Shown piece by piece: positions 30,022 to 39,519 of a DNA stretch of 64,000 bases; the first letter of the stretch is position 1, and every line of letters begins with the position of its first letter. The notes under the pieces were generated by a model, which worked only from the letters and a program-made list of their open reading frames with translations, did no database searches and was not told where the DNA came from. The stretch spans positions 96,001-160,000 of the forward strand of contig CAVPXI010000016.1 of NCBI GenBank assembly GCA_963709585.1. The letters run 5' to 3'. Both the position numbers and the translations under genes were made by a program. Source of the stretch: Candidatus Dormiibacterota bacterium. Lineage in GTDB: Bacteria; Chloroflexota; Dormibacteria; Aeolococcales; Aeolococcaceae.

Positions 30022-31143
30022 GTGAACCGCATCACCCTCGCCGCCACCGCGCTCGAGTTGATCCAGGAGGACGGCCTTGACGCGCTGACGATGCGAACCC
30101 TTGCGGATCGGAGCGGTGTCAGGGCGGCCTCGCTGTACTGGCACGTGCGCGATCGCGAGGAGCTGCTCGAACTCGTTGCCGATGCGCTACTCGCCCGGGT
30201 TCCCACCCCCGCGCAAGGACTGGACTGGCGCGAGGCGGCCCTGGCGTTGTGCACCGCCACCGCCGCGCATATCGCGTCTCAGCGCGATGGCGACCGCATC
30301 CTGCACGAGGTCCCCGGGGCCGTTCGGCGCAGCGCCGCCTACACCAGGCTCGCCCAGGACATCGCCAGTCGGGGCATCGCTGCCGGGACCGCCGCCGAGG
30401 TCGCGGCGATGATGATCGGGTACGTGGTGACGCTGCCGTCAACCCGTTTCCTTGATCGGCCGGCGGTCGGAGGCAAGACCATCACCCTGGCCATCGACTC
30501 GGGTTCTCGTGGCGTCGTGGTCCAGGCCGGCGCGTCGATGGAGGGGCTGTTCCGAATCCCCCATGACACAGCGGCAACCGCGCCCACCGTGCTCCGCGAC
30601 GAGCGGGTGATCGTGCGGCGGCTTCGCGGTGGCAAACGCGGTGAGATCGAGATCAACCCGGCTCATCCATGGCGCATTCAGGTCCAGGGGCCTACGTGGA
30701 ACACGCTCCTCGACCTGCGCGGCGTCAACCTGCGCGAAGTGCACCTGGACAGCAGCGCGAGCAAAGTCGAATGTCTGCTGCCTCATCCACAGGGTGTCGT
30801 GCCGATCCACATTTCGAGTGGGGTCATCGGCGTCTCGCTCAAACGAATCCCGGGGACTGCGGTCACCGCAGTTATCAAGAGCGGTGCGGTCCAGGTGAAT
30901 CTGGACGGCTTCCAGACCCGCGTGGCGGTCGTTGACGCGCGGTGGGAATCACCCGAGGCGAGTGCCGCACCCGACCGGTACGAGCTCGAGGTGAGCGGCG
31001 GCGCGGTTCGCGTGAGCCTCGACCAGTCGGCCGTCGAACCCACCCCGGTGCCCAGCCCCCAGCCGGCCGGGGCAGGCAACGACGAGTTCGGCACGGCGCT
31101 CGGCATCGTCCTCGACGGCATCGCGATGCGGAACCGGTCGTGA
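30022..31143 (+). CDS. TetR family regulator with a large inserted beta-rich domain
   Basis: HTH GLDALTMRTLADRSGVRAASLYWHV, and a terminal TetR_C helix FGTALGIVLDGI after the insert. Confidence 0.8.
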   Translation: MNRITLAATALELIQEDGLDALTMRTLADRSGVRAASLYWHVRDREELLELVADALLARVPTPAQGLDWREAALALCTATAAHIASQRDGDRILHEVPGAVRRSAAYTRLAQDIASRGIAAGTAAEVAAMMIGYVVTLPSTRFLDRPAVGGKTITLAIDSGSRGVVVQAGASMEGLFRIPHDTAATAPTVLRDERVIVRRLRGGKRGEIEINPAHPWRIQVQGPTWNTLLDLRGVNLREVHLDSSASKVECLLPHPQGVVPIHISSGVIGVSLKRIPGTAVTAVIKSGAVQVNLDGFQTRVAVVDARWESPEASAAPDRYELEVSGGAVRVSLDQSAVEPTPVPSPQPAGAGNDEFGTALGIVLDGIAMRNRS

Positions 31144-31228
31144 CGGGACAGCGTCCCGCCGCCCGCGTCTCTGACCGCTCACCCCGCGTATCGTTGCCAC
31201 GTGCGGCGCGCACGCACCGTGCCAACGC

Positions 31229-32884
31229 GTGACGAGGAGGTCGACGCAGATGCTGTCGTACGCATCGGGGACCAGCACCGTGCCCCTGCTCGGCGAGACC
31301 ATCGGCCAGAATCTGCGCCGGACGGTTGAGCGGCACGGCGACTCCGAAGCGCTCGTCGTACCCCACCAGAACTACCGGGCGACATACCGTGAGCTCTGGG
31401 AACAGGTCTCCCTGGTGGCACGCGGCCTGATCGCTCGTGGCGTCGGCCGCGGAGACCGAGTCGGCATATGGTCGCCGAATCGCTTCGAGTGGGTGGTCGT
31501 CCAGTATGCGACCGCGCGAATCGGCGCCATCCTGGTCAACATCAACCCCGCCTACCGGACCACGGAGCTGGAGTACGCGCTCGGACAGTCCGGCGTTTCG
31601 TTTCTGATTCTCGCGCGGGGTTTCCGTCAGACCGACTACGTCGGCATGCTCGACGCGGTCAAGGGCTCGTGCCCCGAGCTTCGCGAGGCGCTGGTCCTGG
31701 AAGACGGCTGGGACTCGCTGCTGCGAGATGGCGCGGGACTCGCCGACGATGCCCTCGAGGAGGTCGAATCGAGACTTCAGTTCGACGACCCGATCAACAT
31801 TCAGTACACATCCGGAACCACAGGATTTCCGAAGGGTGCGACCCTCTCGCATCACAACATCCTCAACAACGGGTTCTTCGTCGGTGAGACCGTCAAGTAC
31901 ACGTCCGCGGACCGGGTGTGCATCCCGGTGCCGTTCTATCACTGCTTCGGCATGGTCCTGGGCAACCTCGCGTGCACCAGTCACGGTGCATGCATCGTGG
32001 TTCCGGGAGAGGCATTCGACGCCGACAGCGTGCTCCGGGTCACCGAGCAGGAGCGCTGCACATCGCTCTACGGCGTGCCGACCATGTTCATCGCGGAGCT
32101 CGAGCATCCCGGGTTCGAGCATCACGATCTGAGCCTCCTCCGCACCGGCATCATGGCCGGCTCGCCGTGTCCGGTGGAGGTGATGAAGCAGGTGCAGTCG
32201 CGCATGAATATGCGCGAGGTGACCATCTGCTACGGCATGACCGAGACATCCCCGGTGTCGACGCAGAGCGGACTTGACGACCCGCTGGACAAACGCGTCG
32301 GGACGGTGGGCCGCGTGCACCCGCACGTCGAGGTGAAGGTCATCGATCCTGAGACGGGTTGGACCGTGCAAGGTGGGGAGTCCGGTGAGCTCTGCACCCG
32401 CGGCTACAGCGTGATGCTCGGGTACTGGAACAACGAAGCCGCGACCGCCGGTGCCATCGACGTCGCGCGCTGGATGCACACCGGTGACCTCGCGACCCTG
32501 GACGACGCCGGCTACGTGAACATCGTGGGTCGCATCAAGGACATGATCATCAGAGGTGGAGAGAACATCTACCCGCGTGAGATCGAGGAGTTCCTGTACG
32601 CGCACCCGGACGTCAGTGACGTGCAGGTGATCGGCGTTCCGTCCGAGCGGTACGGCGAAGAGGTCATGGCCTGGGTGAAGCCGAAGGGGGGCGCGACACC
32701 GACGGCGGAATCCCTGGAAGCCTTCTGCCGCGGACGCATCGCGACCAACAAGATCCCGCGCTACTGGAAGCTTGTCGACGCCTTTCCGATGACCGTGACC
32801 GGCAAGGTGCAGAAGTACCTCATGCGCCAGGCGTCGGTCGAGGAATTGGGATTGCATGCTGCTGCCTCGGTGACAACCGCCTGA
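31229..32884 (+). CDS. AMP-dependent acyl-CoA synthetase
   Basis: [30 protein letters not shown]. Confidence 0.93.
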   Translation: MTRRSTQMLSYASGTSTVPLLGETIGQNLRRTVERHGDSEALVVPHQNYRATYRELWEQVSLVARGLIARGVGRGDRVGIWSPNRFEWVVVQYATARIGAILVNINPAYRTTELEYALGQSGVSFLILARGFRQTDYVGMLDAVKGSCPELREALVLEDGWDSLLRDGAGLADDALEEVESRLQFDDPINIQYTSGTTGFPKGATLSHHNILNNGFFVGETVKYTSADRVCIPVPFYHCFGMVLGNLACTSHGACIVVPGEAFDADSVLRVTEQERCTSLYGVPTMFIAELEHPGFEHHDLSLLRTGIMAGSPCPVEVMKQVQSRMNMREVTICYGMTETSPVSTQSGLDDPLDKRVGTVGRVHPHVEVKVIDPETGWTVQGGESGELCTRGYSVMLGYWNNEAATAGAIDVARWMHTGDLATLDDAGYVNIVGRIKDMIIRGGENIYPREIEEFLYAHPDVSDVQVIGVPSERYGEEVMAWVKPKGGATPTAESLEAFCRGRIATNKIPRYWKLVDAFPMTVTGKVQKYLMRQASVEELGLHAAASVTTA

Positions 32885-33711
32885 GCATCGGACTCGCGCT
32901 TGCCGCGGCAGCGCTCTGGGGCAGCGGGGATTTCCTGGGAGGCTTCGCGAACCGCGCCGCACCGCTGCTGTCGGTCCTGCTGATCTCCCAGGGGGTCGGC
33001 CTCGTCGGGATGATGTTGGTCGCCGTTGCGCTCGGTGGCAGCCCGAGTGGGGCGGACTTCGGATACGGGGCGCTCGCCGGCCTGGCCGGTGCTGCCGGCG
33101 TCGCCATGCTGTACGGCGGTCTTGCCTCGGGCGCGATGTCACTGGTGGCTCCGATCACCGGCGTGGTTGCGGTGCTGGTCCCGATCGCCGTCGGCGTCGG
33201 GAGCGGGGAGCGCCCCGCGGCTCTGCAGTACGCCGGGATCACTGCCGCGGTGGCGGCGGTTGCGCTCCTCAGCGGCGGCGTGAGCCGGGACGCGCGCCTC
33301 GGCCGAAGGACGCTGCTGCTGGCCCTCGGCGCCGGGATCGGTTTCGGGTTGTTCTATGTGGCCATCGCGAAAACCTCGATGGCGGCCAACCTCTGGCCGC
33401 TGGTGGCCGCCCGAGGGGCGTCGGTGACGGCGCTGCTTGCGGTGACCGTAATTGCGCGCCGAACCCCGAGTTTCGGCGCTGCGAATCCGCTGGTGATCAT
33501 CGGTGCGGGTGTGCTCGACGTGACCGCCAACGCCCTGTACCTGCTCGCGGTGCACGGAGGACTGCTGAGCATCGTCGCAGTCCTTGTCTCGTTGTACCCG
33601 GTCTCGACGGTCCTGTGTTCGATGGTGGTGCTCGGCGAGCGGCTTCGCACCCTTCAGGTCGCCGGGGTCGGGGCGGCGATCGTCGCGGTGGTGCTGATCA
33701 CCGCAGGATGA
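32881..33711 (+). CDS. DMT/EamA family transporter (probable CTG start)
   Basis: The frame extends upstream of the ORF track start ([21 protein letters not shown]); LVSLYP and LGERL motifs. Confidence 0.85.
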   Translation: MSIGLALAAAALWGSGDFLGGFANRAAPLLSVLLISQGVGLVGMMLVAVALGGSPSGADFGYGALAGLAGAAGVAMLYGGLASGAMSLVAPITGVVAVLVPIAVGVGSGERPAALQYAGITAAVAAVALLSGGVSRDARLGRRTLLLALGAGIGFGLFYVAIAKTSMAANLWPLVAARGASVTALLAVTVIARRTPSFGAANPLVIIGAGVLDVTANALYLLAVHGGLLSIVAVLVSLYPVSTVLCSMVVLGERLRTLQVAGVGAAIVAVVLITAG

Positions 33712-35243
33712 GTCGGTCGCGACTGTGCCAAGTCGGATTCGAGTTGGAGACGGCCGGCGACTCGGGTCTGGATCACCGGACGGTAGAGCTTGTAAGTGCC
33801 CTTGCCTGCGGCCTTGGCGGCATACATCGCCAGGTCCGCGTCCCGAAGAAGCCCGTCAGCGTCACACGCGGTTCCTCGACTGAGCGCGACACCGATGCTC
33901 GCCCCTGGGGCGATCGTCGTCCCCTGAATATCGACCGGTGCGATCAACGACACCATGATGCGCGCGCAGGCATTCATGACGCGTCCCTCGTTGCCGATGT
34001 CCTCGAGCAGAATCGCGAATTCGTCTCCTCCGAAACGAGCCGCGCTGTCCGACGCGCGGAGCGACTCCCGTATCCGTCGAGCGATGACCACGAGGAGCTC
34101 ATCACCGGCGGCATGACCGAGACTGTCGTTGATGGCCTTGAAGTTGTCCAGGTCCGCGAACAGCACGGCAGTGGTCTGTGCCTTGCGGTCGCTGCGCGCG
34201 AGCGCCTGACCGACGCGATCAACGAACAGCGCGCGGTTGGGGAGACCGGTCAACGGGTCGTGAAACGCCAGGTGCGCCATTGAGTCAGCCGTCTGCGCGC
34301 TGGCGATCGCGACACTTGCGTGCACCGCGAAGGTGACCAGCATCTGCTGCTCGGTGATGGTGTAAGTGCGTCCGCGGCGATGTGTTGCCACAGTCAGGCT
34401 GCCGATGACCCGACCGTTGGCCTCGATAGGCGCGGACATGGCCGCTTCGAGACCTTCGGAGCCGAGCACCGGGAGCCGGTCGGGGCTGTTCTGGTAGTCC
34501 TCGATGACCACGAGCCGGCCTTCGGAGAACGCGCGCCCCACGGCGCCCTCTCCGGTACGGATCCGCATCATGAACGGTTCCACGTCCTCGGAGTACCCTC
34601 GTCCGGCGACCCGGAGGAGATGCGTCGGATCGGCGGGATCGAGCAGGCGCAGATTCACCGTCTCATCACCGATGAGCTCGGCCGCGGCGGCGACGATGGT
34701 GTCGAGGATGTCCTGAAGCGGCGCACGCTGCGACAACGCGCGCTGGATACCGGAGAGTTGATCGAGCAACGCATCGCGGTCGCGAAGCAGCTTCCGCAGC
34801 CGGCCGCTTTCCACGTCATCACGCTCGGCGCGCGCCCATCCGCCCTCTCGAGTCATCAGCTCGACGCTGGCCTCGGTGTAGACGACCGCCGACGCGATGA
34901 CGGCGGCGATCGCTTTGTCATGCTCGGTGAACGGCGATCCCGCGGATCGCTCGAGACGCAACGTGCTCTCCCTGCGGGAACGCATTCCGCCTGCCGGAAC
35001 CACGATGCACGGACCGAGCAGCGGTGTCGACGCGGCGTCGGTCGTCTGCAGGTGCTTCTGGCGCCGGGTATCCGCGCCCGCCCGCGGACGCGCATGCAGC
35101 GACAGCACCGCGTCGCCGTGACGCAGCAACGTTGCGACTTCGAGGTCGAGCGTATCGATCGCGAGCTGGAGAACGCCGGTGATCGCCGACGCGTTCTGAT
35201 ACGTTCCGAGTGAACGGCGTAGGTCTCCCAGGCTAGTGAGCAT
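33654..35243 (-). CDS. GAF-GGDEF diguanylate cyclase
   Basis: HDPLTGLPNR, DLDNFKAINDSLGH, RASD I-site, GGDEF. Confidence 0.9.
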   Translation of the reverse strand: MLTSLGDLRRSLGTYQNASAITGVLQLAIDTLDLEVATLLRHGDAVLSLHARPRAGADTRRQKHLQTTDAASTPLLGPCIVVPAGGMRSRRESTLRLERSAGSPFTEHDKAIAAVIASAVVYTEASVELMTREGGWARAERDDVESGRLRKLLRDRDALLDQLSGIQRALSQRAPLQDILDTIVAAAAELIGDETVNLRLLDPADPTHLLRVAGRGYSEDVEPFMMRIRTGEGAVGRAFSEGRLVVIEDYQNSPDRLPVLGSEGLEAAMSAPIEANGRVIGSLTVATHRRGRTYTITEQQMLVTFAVHASVAIASAQTADSMAHLAFHDPLTGLPNRALFVDRVGQALARSDRKAQTTAVLFADLDNFKAINDSLGHAAGDELLVVIARRIRESLRASDSAARFGGDEFAILLEDIGNEGRVMNACARIMVSLIAPVDIQGTTIAPGASIGVALSRGTACDADGLLRDADLAMYAAKAAGKGTYKLYRPVIQTRVAGRLQLESDLAQSRPTHPAVISTTATIAAPTPAT

Positions 35244-35541
35244 GGGCGCTCACGGGGACGCAAGCGCTGGCCATCGGCTGGAGCGTAGCTCCAGCCCGCT
35301 CGGGTGAACGCGGTGTGACCGCCCTGCGACTCAGGTCATCCGGGTTGATGGCCCGTCATGTGACGGTTGTCGCAGTCCGACACCAGCGCGCTCTTGTGTG
35401 CGCTGCCGAACAGACCCGCCATTCTGCGAAGGCGCACGGTAATCTCGGCGGAAGTGGGATGAACGACCCCTGGCAGTGCTCGCGGTGGGAGCGGCGGTAT
35501 CGCGCGCTCCCTCGCGTCCACTGGCCACGAGGCGCCGCTGG

Positions 35542-37511
35542 TCAGCGGAGCGACTGCGCGGCAGCGGGACGGGGCCGCAGTGCGCTGAGCGCCGCTCGGT
35601 CTGCCAGCGCGGTGGCGACGTCCTCGACGTCAGCCGCCATGGTGGGCTTGCCCAGGCCGAACCCCTGACCGAGCCGGATGCCGGCTGCCTTCATGAGATC
35701 GGCGACGAACTCGTTCTCGACACCTTCGGCAATAACCGCCGCGCCGCTGACCCGCGCAAATGTCATGGTCGCATCCATTGCCGCTCGCGATCCAATCTTC
35801 GTCGAGGTCATCGTGAGGCTTCGTCCCAGCTTGAGGAATTCGCTGGCGGAGGCGGTGAGCAGCTCAAGTGTCGAGTGACCCTCGCCGACGTCATCGAGTG
35901 CGAAACGGATCCCCTCCGCGCGATATGCGGCGAGAACGCGCGCGAGCGCGTCGTAGTCGCGAATCCGCTCGTGCTCGGTGATCTCGAGCACCACGGTCTC
36001 GGGCGGCCGCCCGGCGTGCCTGAGGACGAGCAGGAGCTGATCGACGCCGTGGATCGGGTCGAGCAGCGTGGCGGCGCTGATGTTGAGGAACACCGTCCCC
36101 CCGTCTGGAAGGTCCCTTGCGGCATCGACGGCCTTGCGGCGGCACATCCAGTCGAGGTCGCGAATTCGTCCGCCGGTGCGAGCCGCCTCGAACACCGCCT
36201 CGACGAAGTCCATCGCGGCGAAGCCCTCCGGTCGCGCCAGCGCTTCGTAGCCCAGGACCATGCCGTCGTCGAGAACTCACGATCGGCTGAAACATCATCG
36301 AGATCGGACCACCTTCGAGGACGCGCATGACCACGTCGGAGTACGACCGCTCGGCGATATCAGCAGCCTCGCCAGTCTCATAGGATGACCCGCGGACGCG
36401 GTCGCCGCCGGCGTGCTTGGCCTCGTAGAGCGACTCGTCGGCACGCTGCCACACCGACATCGGATCCGCGCCCGCCGGCGCCGCGCTCCATCCAACCGTG
36501 ATTCGCACCGGACCGGTGGCGAGCACCAGTGAGTGCATCGCAGCGCGCATCCGTTCGGCGATGAGCGGAGCACCGAAGACGCCAACCTCGGGGAGGAGTG
36601 CGGCGAATTCGTCGCCACCCACGCGCGCCATCACGTCCCAGCCGCGAACCAGCAAGCCGAGGGTGTGACCGACGACACGGAGCAACGTGTCTCCGGCCGC
36701 GTGGCCGTCGGCGTCGTTGATGTCCTTGAGGCCGTCGACGTCCAGGGAGAGCACGGCGAATGGGAGTCGAGGGATGGTACGCAGCGCACGGTCGAACTCG
36801 CGCCGATTCTTCAGGCCGGTGAGCGCGTCGGTGGATGCGAGCGCGGCGAGTTCGGTGGCGGACTCGACGGATCGCGTCTTCGGCGCGAGCCCGTTCGATG
36901 AACCGGCCGAGGTGACGGCAGATCGCCGGCATGGAGGCGAGCACACTGCTGTGAGACCGCACTGTCGACACCCGGAAGATCACGAGGACTCCGAGGATGG
37001 TCCGCTTGCCTCTGATCGGGAAGGTCACAGCGGTGTGAATATCCGTGGCCGCCGACCCGGCGGCGCGGCCACCGCGCCCTCCGGCAATAACCGAGACGGC
37101 CGCCGATCCACGTCCCGACTTCACGACTCGACTGACCAGCCCCGGTCCCTCGCCGAGCCCCAACGCCCTGCTCTCGGCTTCAAACGCAACCACATCCGCT
37201 GCCCCATCGGACCACGAATACCGGAGTTCGACGTCGCGTCGGTCACCGCCTCGCATCCAGATCTCACCGATGCGCCCGTCGCACGCCGTGGTGAGCATTG
37301 TGAGCGTCTTCCGGAGGGTCGCATCGAGGTCCTCCGACTCGTTGAAGAGCGCCAGTACGGCGATCAGCAACGCCTCGGCGCTGGTGACTCCCGGTTCCCG
37401 CGAATGCCGGTCGCCGCGCCCGATGACTTCACGCTCGCGACCGACAGCACCGCGGTCGCCGCCGCCATGACGCGTCTGCAGATCTGACGCATCGTGAGCC
37501 GGTACCGCCAC
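35542..37511 (-). CDS. GAF-GGDEF-EAL protein (two apparent frameshifts, ~36850 and 36273)
   Basis: GAF in ORF 36378-37511, GGDEF in 35891-36946, EAL/DDVGEG in 35542-36261. Colinear with the intact paralog at 46661-49540. Confidence 0.85.
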
Positions 37512-37814
37512 TGTGAATCACCTTGATGCGGATGGAAAAGCGCCCGCATGCTCACGTTGCTGGAGGCCGAACGGGTGGTCTGTACGCCAGCGCACTTACA
37601 CTCGGTCCGCGACAGCACCGCGTTGTTTGGTAGCAGGGCAGTCACCTGCGCGGCAAACCACATGACGGGGCCGCGATATTCGCTGCGCTCGCCCGATGCG
37701 CGCCTCCGCCTGCGGGCAAAGCCTGAGCGGGGCCCGGGTACCATGGGCGAGCGATGAGTGAGGTATGACGGCGTTCGGCGAGGCGGCGCACGCACATCTG
37801 GGTGCGGCGGAGGC

Positions 37815-38749
37815 GTGAGCGCCGTGGCGTCCGGCGTCGAGGGACGCATCGTCGCGTCGGGTCTGACCAAGGTGTTTGGCGAGATCAAAGCGGTCGACGG
37901 CTTGTCGTTCAGTGTCGAGCCCGGATCGGTCACGGGATTCCTCGGCCCCAACGGTGCGGGCAAGACCACGACGCTGCGAATGATCCTTGGGCTGGCCGAA
38001 CCGACCTCCGGCACCGGGACAATCAGCGGGGTCGCCTACGCCCACCTGCCGGCACCCGGCCGCACCGTCGGCGCGGTGCTGGAGGCAACCAGCTTTCACC
38101 CCGGCCGTTCAGCCCGCAACCACCTCCGCGTCTTCTGCGCAGCGGCTGGACTTCCGGACAGGCGGGCGGATGAGGTGCTCGACCTGGTGGGACTTCGCGC
38201 AGGCAGCCCGGTACCCGGTGCGGGGCTTCTCGCTCGGCATGCGCCAGCGGCTTGGTCTGGCCACGGCGCTTCTCGGGAATCCGAGGGTCCTGCTGCTTGA
38301 TGAGCCGGCGAACGGCCTCGACCCCGAGGGCATCGTCTGGCTTCGAGGCCTGCTCCGGCACTTCGCGGACGTCGATGGACGGACCGTGCTTGTCTCGAGT
38401 TCACGTCCTCTCCGAGGTCGAGCAGACGGTCGACCGAGTCGTGATCATCGCGCGCGGCCGCGTCATCTATGAGGGAAGGTTGGCCGACCTCGAAGGCGCC
38501 AGCGCCGGGGTCGTGGTTCGGACACCGAATCCCGATCAGCTGCGGGCCGCCCTGGCGCCGCTCAACGTCAAGATCAGCGCCGGGCCGGACGGGTCGGTCG
38601 CCGTCCTGGGCGCGACGCTCCAGGCCGTCGGCCGCGCCGCGTGGGACGCGCACGTGGAGCTCCACGAGCTCCGGGCCGGGAGCTCGAGCCTTGAAGAGAC
38701 GTTCCTGCGCCTGACCGTGGATCCGGCTGACCCCCCGGCGAGCGCGTGA
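37815..38749 (+). CDS. ABC transporter ATP-binding protein (apparent frameshifts at 38191 and 38397)
   Basis: [28 protein letters not shown] and HVLSEVEQ lie in three successive frames. Confidence 0.85.
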
Positions 38750-39510
38750 TCCACCTGCTTCGCGCCGAATGGCGAAAGGTCACCACCGTCAAGCTCGGCT
38801 GGGGAATGCTCCTCGGAGCCATGGCGCTCGCGGCGCTCGGGGTCGTTGCCCAGATCGCCAGCAACGGCGTGCGTGGAAACGCTGCCCTGCCGCTCTCCGC
38901 CGCCGCGACACAGAAGTCGATCGCCGCATCAGCCAGCAGCGCCTACCTGTTCGCGATCGTGGTCGGCATCATCCTGATCACCACCGAGTTCCGCCACTTC
39001 ACCTCGCGCCCCACGTTTCTCATAGAGCCGCGGCGCGGTCTCGTGATCGTGGCCAAGATTCTCATTGCCGCACTGGTCGGCCTCATCTACGGGATCGTGT
39101 GCGCGGCGCTGACCGCGGCGATCATGATTCCGTGGTTCGGCGCAAAGGGAATCACCATCGGCTGGATCGACAATGGCGTGCTCCAGTCCCTCATCAGCGA
39201 TGTCATCGTGATCGCGATCTTCGCGGTCGTCGGGATCGGCGTCGGGGTTCTGGTACGCAACCAGATCGCCGCGGTGATTGGAGCTCTCGTCTATCTCTTT
39301 GTGCTCGAGCCACTCGTCAACATCATCCCGGTGGTTCAGAACGTCTATCCATATCTGCCCGGAGCGGCGGCAGCCGCAATCACCGGCGCCACGCGTGGTT
39401 CGGGGAGCTCGCATCTCGACGCCCTGCAGGGCGGCCTGGTGCTGCTCGGCTGGGGCCTGCTGTTCGCCGTGGGCGGATGGATCTTCACCATCGGCCGCGA
39501 CATTCCCTAA
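38746..39510 (+). CDS. ABC transporter permease
   Basis: LRAEWRK, TTEFRH, EPRR, LVRNQ; multi-TM. Confidence 0.88.
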   Translation: MIHLLRAEWRKVTTVKLGWGMLLGAMALAALGVVAQIASNGVRGNAALPLSAAATQKSIAASASSAYLFAIVVGIILITTEFRHFTSRPTFLIEPRRGLVIVAKILIAALVGLIYGIVCAALTAAIMIPWFGAKGITIGWIDNGVLQSLISDVIVIAIFAVVGIGVGVLVRNQIAAVIGALVYLFVLEPLVNIIPVVQNVYPYLPGAAAAAITGATRGSGSSHLDALQGGLVLLGWGLLFAVGGWIFTIGRDIP

Positions 39511-39519
39511 TGGATTCGC

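Noticed and set aside
30875-33142. Long antisense ORFs (755 aa here, and many similar in the track)
   Set aside because: Shadow frames of real genes, expected in high-GC DNA.
37650-37725. Possible c-di-GMP-I riboswitch (GGCAAACC ... GCAAAGCC)
   Set aside because: No GNRA-capped P2 stem or GGGACGCAAA junction at the right spacing, and it faces away from the GGDEF gene.
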